Positions 20,091 to 30,319 of a DNA stretch of 64,000 bases are shown in pieces (position 1 is the first letter of the stretch; every line of letters starts with the position of its first letter). Under the pieces are notes generated by a model. The model saw only the letters and a program-made list of their open reading frames with translations. It was not told the origin of the DNA and ran no database searches. The DNA is from an uncultured delta proteobacterium. GTDB taxonomy: Bacteria; Bdellovibrionota; FAC87; UBA2466. Where the stretch lies: NCBI GenBank assembly GCA_963778115.1, contig CAVZSV010000006.1:32001-96000 (forward strand), given 5' to 3'. Position numbers and translations under genes: made by a program.

Positions 20091-20110
20091 CCCGATAGGA
20101 GAGTGACACC

Positions 20111-21676
20111 CTAATGTGCATCTACCAGGGGCTTGCCACGAATATCTTTCGGCTTAATCAAATAGAGCGGAATTAAACTCAGAGCCACGATTCCAAAAAT
20201 TACCCACACCAGCTGTTCAAAGCTCATGACAAACACTTGGGCCGCTACCCTTCCGTAGATGCTCTTTAATGAGATTGTTTGCGGATCCCAAAGGCCTATT
20301 GCCGAGCTAAGGCCTGAAAGGGGGATGGCGGCTCCCCTCATAAAGTCGTGAAAGGCTTCGGGACTAAGGGCACTTACCTTTCCTAAAAGGTCGTTGTAGT
20401 TTTGAGCGCTAAATCTAGTAAGCAAAGTATCCAATGAGGCTATCCCGATACTGCCGCCCATCTGCCGAAAGAAATTTTGCATGCCGGCGACTTGCGCCAG
20501 CTCCTCTCCTCGGAAGGACCCTAGCACCATCTGATTGATAGGAATAAAGAGGAACGCCATCGCAGCTCCTCGAAGAACGAGAGGGACCAGAATGTCATGG
20601 CCACCAGTAAAAGTGGTGAAGTGGCTCATGGAGATGAGAGAAAATTCGCCGAGCGCAAGGCCTACAAGGACCAATACCTTAGGACTTATTTTGGCAAGTG
20701 ACCACCCAACTGGAAGCATCAAGATAGCGGTTACGATGGAACCGGGCATAAAGAGCTCACCCGTAATGGTGGCCGACATTTGCGGAATGACCCGCGATAC
20801 AAAGACGGGAATGGCAAAGGTGAGCGAATACAGCATGACTCCCAAAGCCAACATTAAAAGAGTGCCCGAGCGGACGACGTTATTTTTGAAGAGGCGTAAA
20901 TTCATGATGGGGTTGGGAATGGTGAGCTCCCAATAGATAAAAGAACTGATACCCAAGATAGCTAGCACAGCACAGGTTTTAATCGCTTTAGAATCCCACC
21001 AACCTTCGGCCTCTCCGCGCTCCAAGACGAATTGGAAACAGCCGACACCAATACAAAGTAGCATGAGTCCCACCCAGTCGATCCCGTGGGAATCTTGATG
21101 TGGGCGAAGCTTCTTGTTGTCGAAGTCCTCCACGTTGAGCCAAGAAAGGGTTGCGGCGAATAGCCCCAGCGGAACGTTCACGTTGAAGATGGATCTCCAA
21201 CCAAAATTGTCCGTGAGATATCCCCCTATGGTCGGGCCTAAAGCGGGGCCTACCATGACACTTAACCCAAAAATCGCCATCGCCATTCCGGCCTTTTCTG
21301 GCGGAAATTGTTCTTGGATCAAAGTCTGCGAGGTCGGTAAAAGGGCCCCTCCGGCCAGTCCTTGCAGAATGCGGAAAAAAACGAGCGTCGGTAGATTCGG
21401 CGCCATGCCACAGGCAAAGGAGGACGCCGTGAAAAGGAGAATGGCGGAAGTAAAATATCTCTTTCTGCCGAGACGCGATCCCAGCCAGGCCGCAATCGGC
21501 AGTACGATCGAATTGGCGATCATATAGCCCGTGGTCACCCAGCTGATTTCGTCCAAGGTGGCCCCGATATTTCCCATCATCGTGGGAATGGCCACATTTA
21601 CGATCGAGGAGTCGATGATCTCGAGTAATGATGCAATAGCGGCGGTGAGGACAATGGCGATGACTCGCGCATTCAT
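20111..21676 (-). CDS. emrB: DHA2/EmrB-family MFS efflux permease
   Basis: IDSSIVNVAIP, WVTTGY, RILQGLAGG, GPALGPTIGG, WRSIFNVNVP.G, about 14 TM helices. Confidence 0.92.
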   Translation of the reverse strand: MNARVIAIVLTAAIASLLEIIDSSIVNVAIPTMMGNIGATLDEISWVTTGYMIANSIVLPIAAWLGSRLGRKRYFTSAILLFTASSFACGMAPNLPTLVFFRILQGLAGGALLPTSQTLIQEQFPPEKAGMAMAIFGLSVMVGPALGPTIGGYLTDNFGWRSIFNVNVPLGLFAATLSWLNVEDFDNKKLRPHQDSHGIDWVGLMLLCIGVGCFQFVLERGEAEGWWDSKAIKTCAVLAILGISSFIYWELTIPNPIMNLRLFKNNVVRSGTLLMLALGVMLYSLTFAIPVFVSRVIPQMSATITGELFMPGSIVTAILMLPVGWSLAKISPKVLVLVGLALGEFSLISMSHFTTFTGGHDILVPLVLRGAAMAFLFIPINQMVLGSFRGEELAQVAGMQNFFRQMGGSIGIASLDTLLTRFSAQNYNDLLGKVSALSPEAFHDFMRGAAIPLSGLSSAIGLWDPQTISLKSIYGRVAAQVFVMSFEQLVWVIFGIVALSLIPLYLIKPKDIRGKPLVDAH

Positions 21677-21694
21677 ACAGGCCTCTCTCGATTC

Positions 21695-22690
21695 TTACCG
21701 AATCTTGACCTTAACTTCGGCCGAAAGGCCAGCTTGGAGCCGGTCCGAATCGCTTTCCGAAAGGTTTAAAAGCTTGATGCGCACCGGAACTCGTTGAACG
21801 ACTTTCGTAAAGTTTCCCGTCGCATTATCTGGGGGAAGCAGACTAAATGTCGCACCTGTACTGGGGCTAATGCTTTCGACGACTCCTTCAAATTCCCGGC
21901 CAGGGATGGCATCTACTTCAACCTTAGCGGTCTTTCCTTCAGCGACATTTTCCATGTCGGTTTCTTTTAAGTTTGCTACCACCCACCGTTCGTTAGTTCC
22001 CACAAATCCCATAAGCGGTTGTCCCGAGGATGCCAGCATTCCCACTTCAAAAGATTTTCGTCCCACCTTACCGTCCGAAGGGGCCTTAATCTGGGTGTAA
22101 TCAAGATTTAATTTCGCTTGGGCGACTTGGGCTTGAGCGGACTTTAGTTTCGCTTGGAGCGAATTGAGTTGAGTCGTAACGGTGTCGAGCCTTTCTTGGG
22201 TCGAAGCCCCCTTTTGGAAAAGTCTCAAAGTCCTATCATAATTGGTCTGAGCCCCTTTTTCCTGAGCTTCTAACGCCTGCATCTCCGATTCTTGCTGGTC
22301 TAAATTGTTTTGGTAGTCGTCGGGTTTAATTTCAACTAAGAGCTGGCCCGCTTTTACTTTTTGGTTTTCCTGAATATCGGCGCGGATGATAATACCCGAG
22401 ACTTTCGATGAAAGTAGGGTCGTGGGGGCCTGCACCATCGCATTGTCGGTGGAGACATAGAAATAGTTCTGATAGAAGAAGTAACTTCCTCCAAGAACCA
22501 ATACCGCGACCACGATAGCTCCTACTTTTTTCTTAGTACCGGAACCCATTCCGGTAGGCTTTTTGGTAGGTGGAGTCTGCGGGGCCTCATGATGTTTTTC
22601 CGACATGTGCGAACTTCCCTTTCCCGTTGCCGGGGTTACATTGGATGGTGATGGTACCGGCATTTCACGTGTACTTTCAAGATTACTCAT
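21695..22690 (-). CDS. emrA: EmrA/HlyD-family periplasmic adaptor
   Basis: STDNA, TGATFSLLPPDNATGNFTKVVQRVPVRI. Confidence 0.93.
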   Translation of the reverse strand: MSNLESTREMPVPSPSNVTPATGKGSSHMSEKHHEAPQTPPTKKPTGMGSGTKKKVGAIVVAVLVLGGSYFFYQNYFYVSTDNAMVQAPTTLLSSKVSGIIIRADIQENQKVKAGQLLVEIKPDDYQNNLDQQESEMQALEAQEKGAQTNYDRTLRLFQKGASTQERLDTVTTQLNSLQAKLKSAQAQVAQAKLNLDYTQIKAPSDGKVGRKSFEVGMLASSGQPLMGFVGTNERWVVANLKETDMENVAEGKTAKVEVDAIPGREFEGVVESISPSTGATFSLLPPDNATGNFTKVVQRVPVRIKLLNLSESDSDRLQAGLSAEVKVKIR

Positions 22691-24052
22691 TTAAATTTTC
22701 CTCCCCAGTGTCAATTCCAAGTGAATGAGCGCTTCCACCGCATTCACCTGGGCGTTGACCACTCCGGCCCTAGCCCGGAAAAGATCCAATTCGGCGTCCA
22801 GCGTCTCCGAGCTGGTACGGGTTCCCGCCTTTTGTTCTTCTTTGGCGAGGCGAACGGCCTCTTCCGATCTCTGAATGTCGAACTTCTTAGAAAGATAATG
22901 ATCGATGTTGCTAAGGTAGCGACGCTTCCAGTAGGCGAAATCGTAGGGAACTTTAAGTCTTTCAATCTGTGAAGTCTTTTCGGCCTGCACTGCCTGATAG
23001 GCCGCTTCACGCATCTGCGCCAGGGCTACTCCTCCGTCGAAAAGATTCCACTTCAAAAAAGCACCCACGAAGTAAGCACTCTCATAGTTTCCGGTGTTGC
23101 TAATCACGTTATTAAAAACCTGCGAATCATAGAAAGAGTATTCGCCCGCCAAATAGACCGAAGGGACAAGCCATGCTTTGCCAGCGTTTTCTACTTTGCC
23201 GGCCGCTTCAGACTTAAGAGCAAGTGCCCGCAGATCGGAGCGGTCTTGGGGAACTTGCGTGAATACTAGATTGTTTACTTTGTCGGACACCGGGGCGGGC
23301 AGAGTTCCTTCTAAACGCCGAAGATCCGATTCCATGCCTAAGAGCTGCGCCAACTTCTTCCGGCTAATTTCCGCGTTATCTTCGGCGTCGATGGCATCGG
23401 CGTGAGCTTCGTTCAATTGCACTTCAACTCGCAAAGTGTCGTAGTTGGTAGCTACCCCGCCTTGGCGCTGAATCTTGATCTGGCGTAAGTGGTCTTCCAA
23501 CGTTTTAACGTTAAGTGCGGCCACCTGGCGAAGATCTTCCGCTGCCAGGGCTTGATAAAAGGCGAGTCTGACATTTTCGCTGGTTTCAAACTCGGATCGA
23601 GAGAGCGACTGTTCGGCTGCCTCTTCTAAGAGAGAAGCCGCTTGAAGTTGATAAATATTGGCTAGACCGTTAAAGACCGGAATCGTGATATCGAGTGCGG
23701 CTTGAGTATTGGGATAAAAGCCAGGAAAGGCTAAAGTGGCGCCCCCGAAATTAATGCTGGTCTGCGTGTAACGGGTGTCAAAGTAGTGAAGCGCTGACAC
23801 CGAAATTTTGGGAAGAAAGCCAGAGCCAAGAGCTTCGAAATGTTGCCACTGCTTTTCTCCGACGGATGCTTTGGCCCGCTGTACTTCAGGAGAGCGCTCG
23901 AGTGCTTCGCGGATGGCCCCTTCCACCGTTAGGGGCGAGCTTGTTTCAATAGCGTGTACCGGTTGCGAGAAGGCCAAGAAAAGGGCTGCGGCGAATGCTG
24001 CGCCAAGCCATAACCATGGAGATTGCCGGATCTGAAGCGGAAGCTGCTGCAC
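22691..24052 (-). CDS. TolC-family outer-membrane efflux protein
   Basis: Signal peptide, two OEP repeats (LPKISV..., WNLFDGG), first gene of the operon with emrAB. Confidence 0.88.
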   Translation of the reverse strand: MQQLPLQIRQSPWLWLGAAFAAALFLAFSQPVHAIETSSPLTVEGAIREALERSPEVQRAKASVGEKQWQHFEALGSGFLPKISVSALHYFDTRYTQTSINFGGATLAFPGFYPNTQAALDITIPVFNGLANIYQLQAASLLEEAAEQSLSRSEFETSENVRLAFYQALAAEDLRQVAALNVKTLEDHLRQIKIQRQGGVATNYDTLRVEVQLNEAHADAIDAEDNAEISRKKLAQLLGMESDLRRLEGTLPAPVSDKVNNLVFTQVPQDRSDLRALALKSEAAGKVENAGKAWLVPSVYLAGEYSFYDSQVFNNVISNTGNYESAYFVGAFLKWNLFDGGVALAQMREAAYQAVQAEKTSQIERLKVPYDFAYWKRRYLSNIDHYLSKKFDIQRSEEAVRLAKEEQKAGTRTSSETLDAELDLFRARAGVVNAQVNAVEALIHLELTLGRKI

Positions 24053-24141
24053 GACTAAATTCCTCTCTATGAGTCTTAAGTAGCCGGGGGAGTCATTCCC
24101 AGGTCCTACCTTTTAGAGTATCGGACGTTCCATAAAATAAA

Positions 24142-24153
24142 TCAAGTAATTGA
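24142..24153. promoter_or_regulatory. Candidate TetR operator TCAA-N4-TTGA
   Basis: Palindrome in the AT-rich spacer between divergent tolC and tetR genes. Confidence 0.4.
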
Positions 24154-24289
24154 CCACAAAATAAATGAATAATTTAATGGTATCAGTGATTTGTGATGTG
24201 TTAATTCATAATTTGTTTAAAGTTTCTACTTGTTTTCTCCGTTTTGGAGTTATGATGGCTGCAGGAACAACTGTCAATCGGGAGCCATT

Positions 24290-24943
24290 ATGATCGCTTT
24301 GGGAAAAAGAGCACGGAAAGTATCCCCGAAAGCCTTCGGCGAGGATTCCCCTGTGGTACGCAAGAAATACGATAGTGAAGATAGTAAACGGCGCTTGGTA
24401 AAGGCCGCCATCAACGTGTTTTCTAAGTTGGGCTATGACGCTTCCACTACGAAGAACATCGCCAAAAGTGCTGGAGTGAACGAGTCTCTCATCCACCGCT
24501 ATTTCGAAAATAAACTGGGCCTTTTCTTCGCAATGATGCACGACTATCACGACTGCCTCACCAATACGCTGCCTTATCCGCCCCAGGCCACCGTGGAGGA
24601 GGAGCTCAGTCAGTTCATTCGCTTTCGAATGGAGTTCTCTAGACGACAAAAGAAGTTTGTACGGATTTTAATTACCCGTGCCATCCTCGACCCCAAAGTG
24701 AGGGTTGAGATCAAAAGTTTATTCCGTAACGGCGTTCCGGGTCTTGTTGAGCGGCTAGAGGTATTGCGTTCCCAAGGTAAAATATCGGCGGAAGTCGCTA
24801 TTGAGGATCTCTCCTTGCTGGTCACAGCCCTTTCTTTTTCCATGTCCATGTTTACCCAAATCATGTCCACCTTGGACGAAGACGTCGCCGATCGAACCAT
24901 CGCTTTGGGGGCTAAAGCCCTGGCCAAAGGATTGGCTCCTTGA
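24290..24943 (+). CDS. TetR/AcrR-family transcriptional regulator
   Basis: GYDASTTKNIAKSAGVNESLIHRYFENKLGL HTH. GGGAG RBS before ATG 24290. Confidence 0.93.
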   Translation: MIALGKRARKVSPKAFGEDSPVVRKKYDSEDSKRRLVKAAINVFSKLGYDASTTKNIAKSAGVNESLIHRYFENKLGLFFAMMHDYHDCLTNTLPYPPQATVEEELSQFIRFRMEFSRRQKKFVRILITRAILDPKVRVEIKSLFRNGVPGLVERLEVLRSQGKISAEVAIEDLSLLVTALSFSMSMFTQIMSTLDEDVADRTIALGAKALAKGLAP

Positions 24944-25908
24944 TGCGTCTGCCCGCTGTGGTAAACCATCCTCGCATTATGAAAAGGGCAAAGAAAACCC
25001 AGCCACCCAAGAACGCAGATTATCGCATCTCCTTTTGGGTATTTGTGCTTGTGGCAGTTACGTTACATGCCGGGTTGATCCTATGGTTTCCGCTGGTTAA
25101 GACGACAGCTCCCGAAAAACTAATCGAAGTCAGTGTGATCGCTTCCGAAGAAAAAGCGCAGAGTGGCGGGGCGTCTACGGTGGCTCGACCCGGTAAGATA
25201 GCAGCCTCTGCCGGACGTAAGGCCGATGCGGGTGGGTCCGGCAATTCCGGCTCCTCCCCTAGACCGCTGTCGTTAACGGATCTCAGTGTCGGTAGCGCTT
25301 ATGGGCCTTCCGAGGGGCCTCAAGGATATGGTCAACAGCCATTGGGAGTCGGCTCGGGTTCGTCTCCTATTCTAGATGAAGCGCGGGGAACCGTAACGTT
25401 TCGAGCCTTATATCAGCGAATCGACCAAGTCCTCACCTATCCGCCTGAGTTGTCGGCGGCGGGCTTTGAAGGGTTTGTCAAAGCAGATTTGGCACTCTTG
25501 CCTTCGGGCGAGTTAGATAAGAAGCGATCCAGAGTGGTTGCTAACTCTCCCTATCTACGAGTCCATGTCTTGCGAGTCCTTAGACGGGCCCTCCAAGAAA
25601 AGTTACCCGAGTCTTGGTTAAAGCAGACCCGTGGTCTTCTATTTAAGTGCGTTTTCCAATTCGAATTGGTGGGCGACACAGGCGATATTGCCCATAGTGC
25701 CGACTCCGAAACGTCGGGCAAGTCACTAACTTTCTATAGGGCGGGAAAGCCGTGGGGACAGTGGTCTATCGGCCCTTTTACGGGTTACGGAGCGATGCCC
25801 GCGGTTGGAGTCGACCCCTCCTGGTTCACCGATGAGTTAGGATTGTCCCATTCAAAGCCCGTCGATCCGTTAAAAAGCTATCGGGAAGATCCCGACTGGA
25901 GAAGTTAG
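24940..25908 (+). CDS. TonB-like protein (TM anchor, Gly/Ser linker, TonB-C-like domain)
   Basis: TLHAGL TM helix with His, and IDQVLTYPP...GFEGFV. Confidence 0.55.
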   Translation: MMRLPAVVNHPRIMKRAKKTQPPKNADYRISFWVFVLVAVTLHAGLILWFPLVKTTAPEKLIEVSVIASEEKAQSGGASTVARPGKIAASAGRKADAGGSGNSGSSPRPLSLTDLSVGSAYGPSEGPQGYGQQPLGVGSGSSPILDEARGTVTFRALYQRIDQVLTYPPELSAAGFEGFVKADLALLPSGELDKKRSRVVANSPYLRVHVLRVLRRALQEKLPESWLKQTRGLLFKCVFQFELVGDTGDIAHSADSETSGKSLTFYRAGKPWGQWSIGPFTGYGAMPAVGVDPSWFTDELGLSHSKPVDPLKSYREDPDWRS

Positions 25909-25941
25909 ATTTCCGACTCACTCTGGGGATCCCTTTTTCTA

Positions 25942-26809
25942 TTACTGGATCGCTCCAAAGCGAACTAACAGTTGTGAAATCTCTGACTCGCCCTGAGCAT
26001 ATCGAAGGGCGGTGAAGCCTGCTCCATTGGGAACATTGGGATTAGCTTTTTTTGTAAGAAGCTCGGAGACAATTTCTTTATTCTTCTCGACCGCGCCAAA
26101 CGCTACCGGGACTGTGCCGTAAGCGTTGGGCTTGTTAGGATTCGCACCCCGAGAGAGCAATAACTTCGTCGTTTCCACTTGTTTGTTTTCGATAGCGCAG
26201 ATCAGTGGAGTTCTTCCAAAGCGGGTTCGGCTCTGATCGATATCTTCACCCGCATTTAATAAGGCAGTTACGCGGCCATTATCCCCTTTGGCTGCAGCCA
26301 TTAGCATCGGAAAGGGAGTGACTTCGGGATCTTGAACGCTGCAGCGATCGAAACTCTTGGGGGTAACACCGGTGGCGACCTTAGACTCTTTTCGATTCGG
26401 TTGGGCAGCGAGTGCAATAAAGTCCTCCATCAGATCACCCGAAGCAGAAGTCCCGGCTCCTTCGGTTTCAGAAGCGTTATTTCCTAATTCAGACGTTGAG
26501 TTTCCTGTCGTATCAGCCTTTACTTTCGCAATACCTGCGGGAAGATGGCTTACTGGGATTTTAGTCTTTGTTATCTCGGACGCGATCGTTTTGTTTTGGG
26601 GAGTTTCCTTGGCTTCAGGTTCAGCGGGTTCCGGTTCCACGACGGGCCAAGCAGGTGCAAAAGATGGGTTCTGAGGAAACCTGACTTCTCTCGTTGAGAT
26701 CCCCGCTGCTGGAGTCGCGAACATGCTCAGCTCTCGCTTGCGACGCAACGGCAAAAATAATGATCAAAAGTAGTAAGTTTCCTAAATGATTCTTTTGAAG
26801 CAAAAGCAT
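25942..26809 (-). pseudogene. Secreted ankyrin-repeat protein, apparently split by a one-base frameshift near 26650
   Basis: Signal-peptide ORF 26621-26809 (AGAGG RBS) overlaps ankyrin ORF 25942-26754 (GRTPLICA, LLSRGANPN, GFTAL) in the +1 frame. Confidence 0.65.
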
Positions 26810-26848
26810 TGTGAACCTCTTGGGCAGAGAACGCTATTCAAGAGTCTT

Positions 26849-26864
26849 TGCAACGCTTGCACCA
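26849..26864 (-). promoter_or_regulatory. Sigma54-type -24/-12 promoter candidate (TGGTGCAAGCGTTGCA)
   Basis: Exact GG-N10-GC spacing, about 40 nt upstream of ATG 26809. Confidence 0.5.
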
Positions 26865-27142
26865 TGCTAACAGGCAGTCCCGCTCTCGAATTCACGCGAA
26901 ACTAAATGACGAATTCTTGTAGAAGACGAAGAAAAAATCGCTAACGCCTGAATAGGAGATGATTGAGGAGCCGTGAATCTGGTGTAGTTTCCTAGCGACG
27001 TCGGGAAAAAGCGTGACAGTCCAATGCCTGTTATTTTTTTTCTTTCGGAGCTCGGACTTCGATTTTAGGTTCTTTTGGCGCATTCCTCGAAAAAAGGTTT
27101 CCCTCCCGCCGGTTTTGAGTAAACTGGGCCGTTGGGAGCGTT

Positions 27143-30100
27143 ATGACTTTATCTGATATTTCTATCAAAAAGCCGGTCTTTGCATGGATGTTAATGGCGG
27201 GGCTATTGGTATTTGGCGCCATCTCCTATCTGTTTATGGGGATTAGCCAACTTCCCGACGTAGATTTTCCCGTAGTGACGGTTACTGTGACCTGGGCGGG
27301 GGCCTCTCCCGATGTGATGGAATCCGCGGTAGCCGATATTGTCGAAGATGCCGTGATGAGCGTTGACGGCATTCAGCTCGTCCAGTCTACCTCTCAGCAA
27401 GGAATGACCCAAGTCACGATTCAGTTCAATCTAACCCAAGATATCAACGTCGCCCTTCAGCAGGTGCAGACCAAACTCTCTCAAGCTCAAAAAAATCTAC
27501 CCCAGACCATCGATCCGCCGGTAATCACGAAAACCAATCCTAATGATCAGCCCATTATTTGGACGGCCGCTTACACTTCGACAGGAACGTTGCGCGATTT
27601 AGCTCTATTCGTTCGAGATCATCTCAAAGACACGCTGACGACGATTAACGGCGTCGGAGATGTTTCCATGGGCGGCTACGTTGATCCTCAAATGCGCGTT
27701 TGGCTAAATGCTAACGAAATGCGCAAGCGAGAGATTACCTCTCAAGACATTATTGACGCCATCAACAACGAACATCAGTTAGCCCCTACCGGTTATCAAG
27801 ATCAAGGCGATCATGAGACCTATGTTCGAGTCCATTCCGAGTTTGAGAATGCCCAGGAGTGTAACGGACTTTATATTCCCGCTCGGCAAGGGTTACCTAA
27901 CTACGCCAAAATTCCCATCGGACAGGTTGCTAATTGCGTCGAAGGCACGGATGAGATCCGCCGTATCTCCCGGTTCAATACGATTCAGCCAACGATTGGA
28001 TTAGGCATCATTAAGCAGCACGGCACCAACGCGGTCGCCATTGGTGATGCGGTTAAGCGCAAGCTTAAGCAACTCGATGACGTACTTCCCAAAGGAATGA
28101 AGATGGGGATCGTCATGGATACGACCACTTTCATCAGGGATTCGATCGGCGAATTACGGGAGACCCTTATTTTAGCCGTCGTTTTGACGTCGGTGGTTTG
28201 CTACCTCTTTTTAGGAACGTGGAGCTCGGCTTTCAATGTGATTTTAGCGATCCCCGTTTCTTTGGTGGGTTCCTTTATCTTTCTCCATTTCATGGGGTTT
28301 ACGGTAAACACTTTCGTTTTGATGGGGCTGTCGCTTTCCATTGGTATCGTGGTCGATGACGCCATCATGGTACTCGAAAATATCACACGTCACTTTGAAA
28401 TGGGAAAAAGCCGCGTGCACGCCGCTTTGGTGGGAGCCAGAGAGATCACCGGAGCCGCGGTCGCTGCTTCCCTTGCCATTCTTGCCATCTTTGTACCTGT
28501 CATTTTCATGCAAGGAATCGTCGGAAAGTTTTTCTATCAGTTCGGAGTCACTCTTTCGGTAGCGGTGATGATTTCTTTACTAGAGGCGCTGACACTGGCT
28601 CCCATGCGCTGCTCGCAATTTTTGTCCGTGGGAGGAGGCAATTTTGTCACTAAAGGAGTCTCTCGCTTCATGGATGCTTTGGCGGCGCTCTACAAAAGAG
28701 CGCTAGCGTGGTGTTTGAATTGGCGTTGGGTGGTCATCGGGATAGCTTTTCTTATCTTTGGTAGTTCTCTAATGACTATCAAATCCCTTAGAAAAGAGTT
28801 CTTACCTCCTCAAGACCAAAGCCGTTTTCTAGTGACCCTTTACACGAAGATGGGATCCTCTATCGCGCTCACCGATAGGGTGTTCAAAGAAGCCGAAGCT
28901 TTCTTTAAAACGCGCCCTGAGATCGACTCGTTTTATGTTGCTGTCGGAGGTTTCGGAGGAGGGTTGGTCAACCAGGGGATTTCTTTTCTAACGCTAAAGG
29001 ATCCCGACGTTCGCCCCGTGGCAGCTCCTTTTAAAAAGAAGGCTCCTACTCAGCAAGAGTTCATGCAGTATGTGAGAAGTGAGTTACTTAAACTGCCTGG
29101 CGTTGAGCGCGCGGCATTGCTCGATTTGTCACTCACTGGATTTAGCGCCCAGCGCGGTTACCCCATTGAATTTGTGATTCAAGGACCGGAATGGACTAAG
29201 CTCGCCGATGTCTCGTTGGAGATGCGCAAGAGAATGACCGCCTCGGGCTTGATGGCGGACGTAGATACGGACTACAATCCCAATATGCCGGAGACCGAAA
29301 TCTTCCCCGATCGAAGATTGGCTGCCGAGCATGGAGTAGATGTGACGACGATCGCCAATAGCGTTGCCGCCATGGTGGGAGGGCTAAAGTTACTTCCCAA
29401 TAAATATACGGATTCCTCGGGTCATCGAGACGATATCCAAGTGAAACTATTGCCCGACGAAAACACGGGGCCGTCGGATATCAATAAGATCTATGTTCGT
29501 AACGTCTACGGTGAAGTGCTTCCGCTGACGAGTGTCATTACTATGAAAGAGGCGAGTACGCTGCTTACGATTACGCGCTATAATCGCGAGCGCGGAATTA
29601 GCGTCTTCGGAAACTTTGCCCCGGGGAAATCGCAATCGGAAGTGATCGAGTATGTGAAGAAAACGGCTAAAGAGGTTTTGCCCGAAGGTTACCATCTGAC
29701 GATGTCGGGAAGCTCTCAAGCTTTTAACGAGTCCATCAATAGCCTTCTTGGAGCGTTGGTATTGGGAGTTTTTGTGGCTTTCATGGTTCTGGCCAGCCAG
29801 TTCAATAGCTTTCTACATCCGGTCATCATTCTTCTGGCCCTTCCTTTCAGCATTACCGGTGCGTTGTGGGCGATGCGAATTAGCGATACTTCGGTGAATA
29901 TCTACAGTCTCATCGGAATCTTGCTTCTCATGGGGATCGTTAAAAAGAATTCCATCTTACTAGTCGAATTTACCAACCATAAGCGAACCGAAGGGTTTGG
30001 AGTGAAAGAGGCACTGCTGGACGCTTGCCCTGTTCGGCTGCGTCCCATCTTAATGACCTCTATTGCGACGATTACCGGAGCGATCCCCGAAGCACTCGCG

Positions 30101-30319
30101 ACCGGATCGGGATCGGAAGTTATGCGCCCTATGGCCATTGCCGTCATCGGGGGGGTGCTGGTTTCGACCTTCCTAACCCTATTTGTGGTTCCCTGCGCCT
30201 ACTCTTTGGCGAGTCGTCTGGAGAGTCACAAGCATGGCGAGGAGTTGCGAAAGGCGCTAGAGTCTTTGGGCGAACTGGGCCCGACCCACATCTTGACCGA
30301 TGCGCCCGTGGATCGTTAG
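27143..30319 (+). CDS. AcrB/AcrD/AcrF-family RND efflux transporter
   Basis: LPDVDFP, GIVVDDAIMVLENI, GIVKKNSILLVEF, RLRPILMT. Confidence 0.95.
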   Translation: MTLSDISIKKPVFAWMLMAGLLVFGAISYLFMGISQLPDVDFPVVTVTVTWAGASPDVMESAVADIVEDAVMSVDGIQLVQSTSQQGMTQVTIQFNLTQDINVALQQVQTKLSQAQKNLPQTIDPPVITKTNPNDQPIIWTAAYTSTGTLRDLALFVRDHLKDTLTTINGVGDVSMGGYVDPQMRVWLNANEMRKREITSQDIIDAINNEHQLAPTGYQDQGDHETYVRVHSEFENAQECNGLYIPARQGLPNYAKIPIGQVANCVEGTDEIRRISRFNTIQPTIGLGIIKQHGTNAVAIGDAVKRKLKQLDDVLPKGMKMGIVMDTTTFIRDSIGELRETLILAVVLTSVVCYLFLGTWSSAFNVILAIPVSLVGSFIFLHFMGFTVNTFVLMGLSLSIGIVVDDAIMVLENITRHFEMGKSRVHAALVGAREITGAAVAASLAILAIFVPVIFMQGIVGKFFYQFGVTLSVAVMISLLEALTLAPMRCSQFLSVGGGNFVTKGVSRFMDALAALYKRALAWCLNWRWVVIGIAFLIFGSSLMTIKSLRKEFLPPQDQSRFLVTLYTKMGSSIALTDRVFKEAEAFFKTRPEIDSFYVAVGGFGGGLVNQGISFLTLKDPDVRPVAAPFKKKAPTQQEFMQYVRSELLKLPGVERAALLDLSLTGFSAQRGYPIEFVIQGPEWTKLADVSLEMRKRMTASGLMADVDTDYNPNMPETEIFPDRRLAAEHGVDVTTIANSVAAMVGGLKLLPNKYTDSSGHRDDIQVKLLPDENTGPSDINKIYVRNVYGEVLPLTSVITMKEASTLLTITRYNRERGISVFGNFAPGKSQSEVIEYVKKTAKEVLPEGYHLTMSGSSQAFNESINSLLGALVLGVFVAFMVLASQFNSFLHPVIILLALPFSITGALWAMRISDTSVNIYSLIGILLLMGIVKKNSILLVEFTNHKRTEGFGVKEALLDACPVRLRPILMTSIATITGAIPEALATGSGSEVMRPMAIAVIGGVLVSTFLTLFVVPCAYSLASRLESHKHGEELRKALESLGELGPTHILTDAPVDR

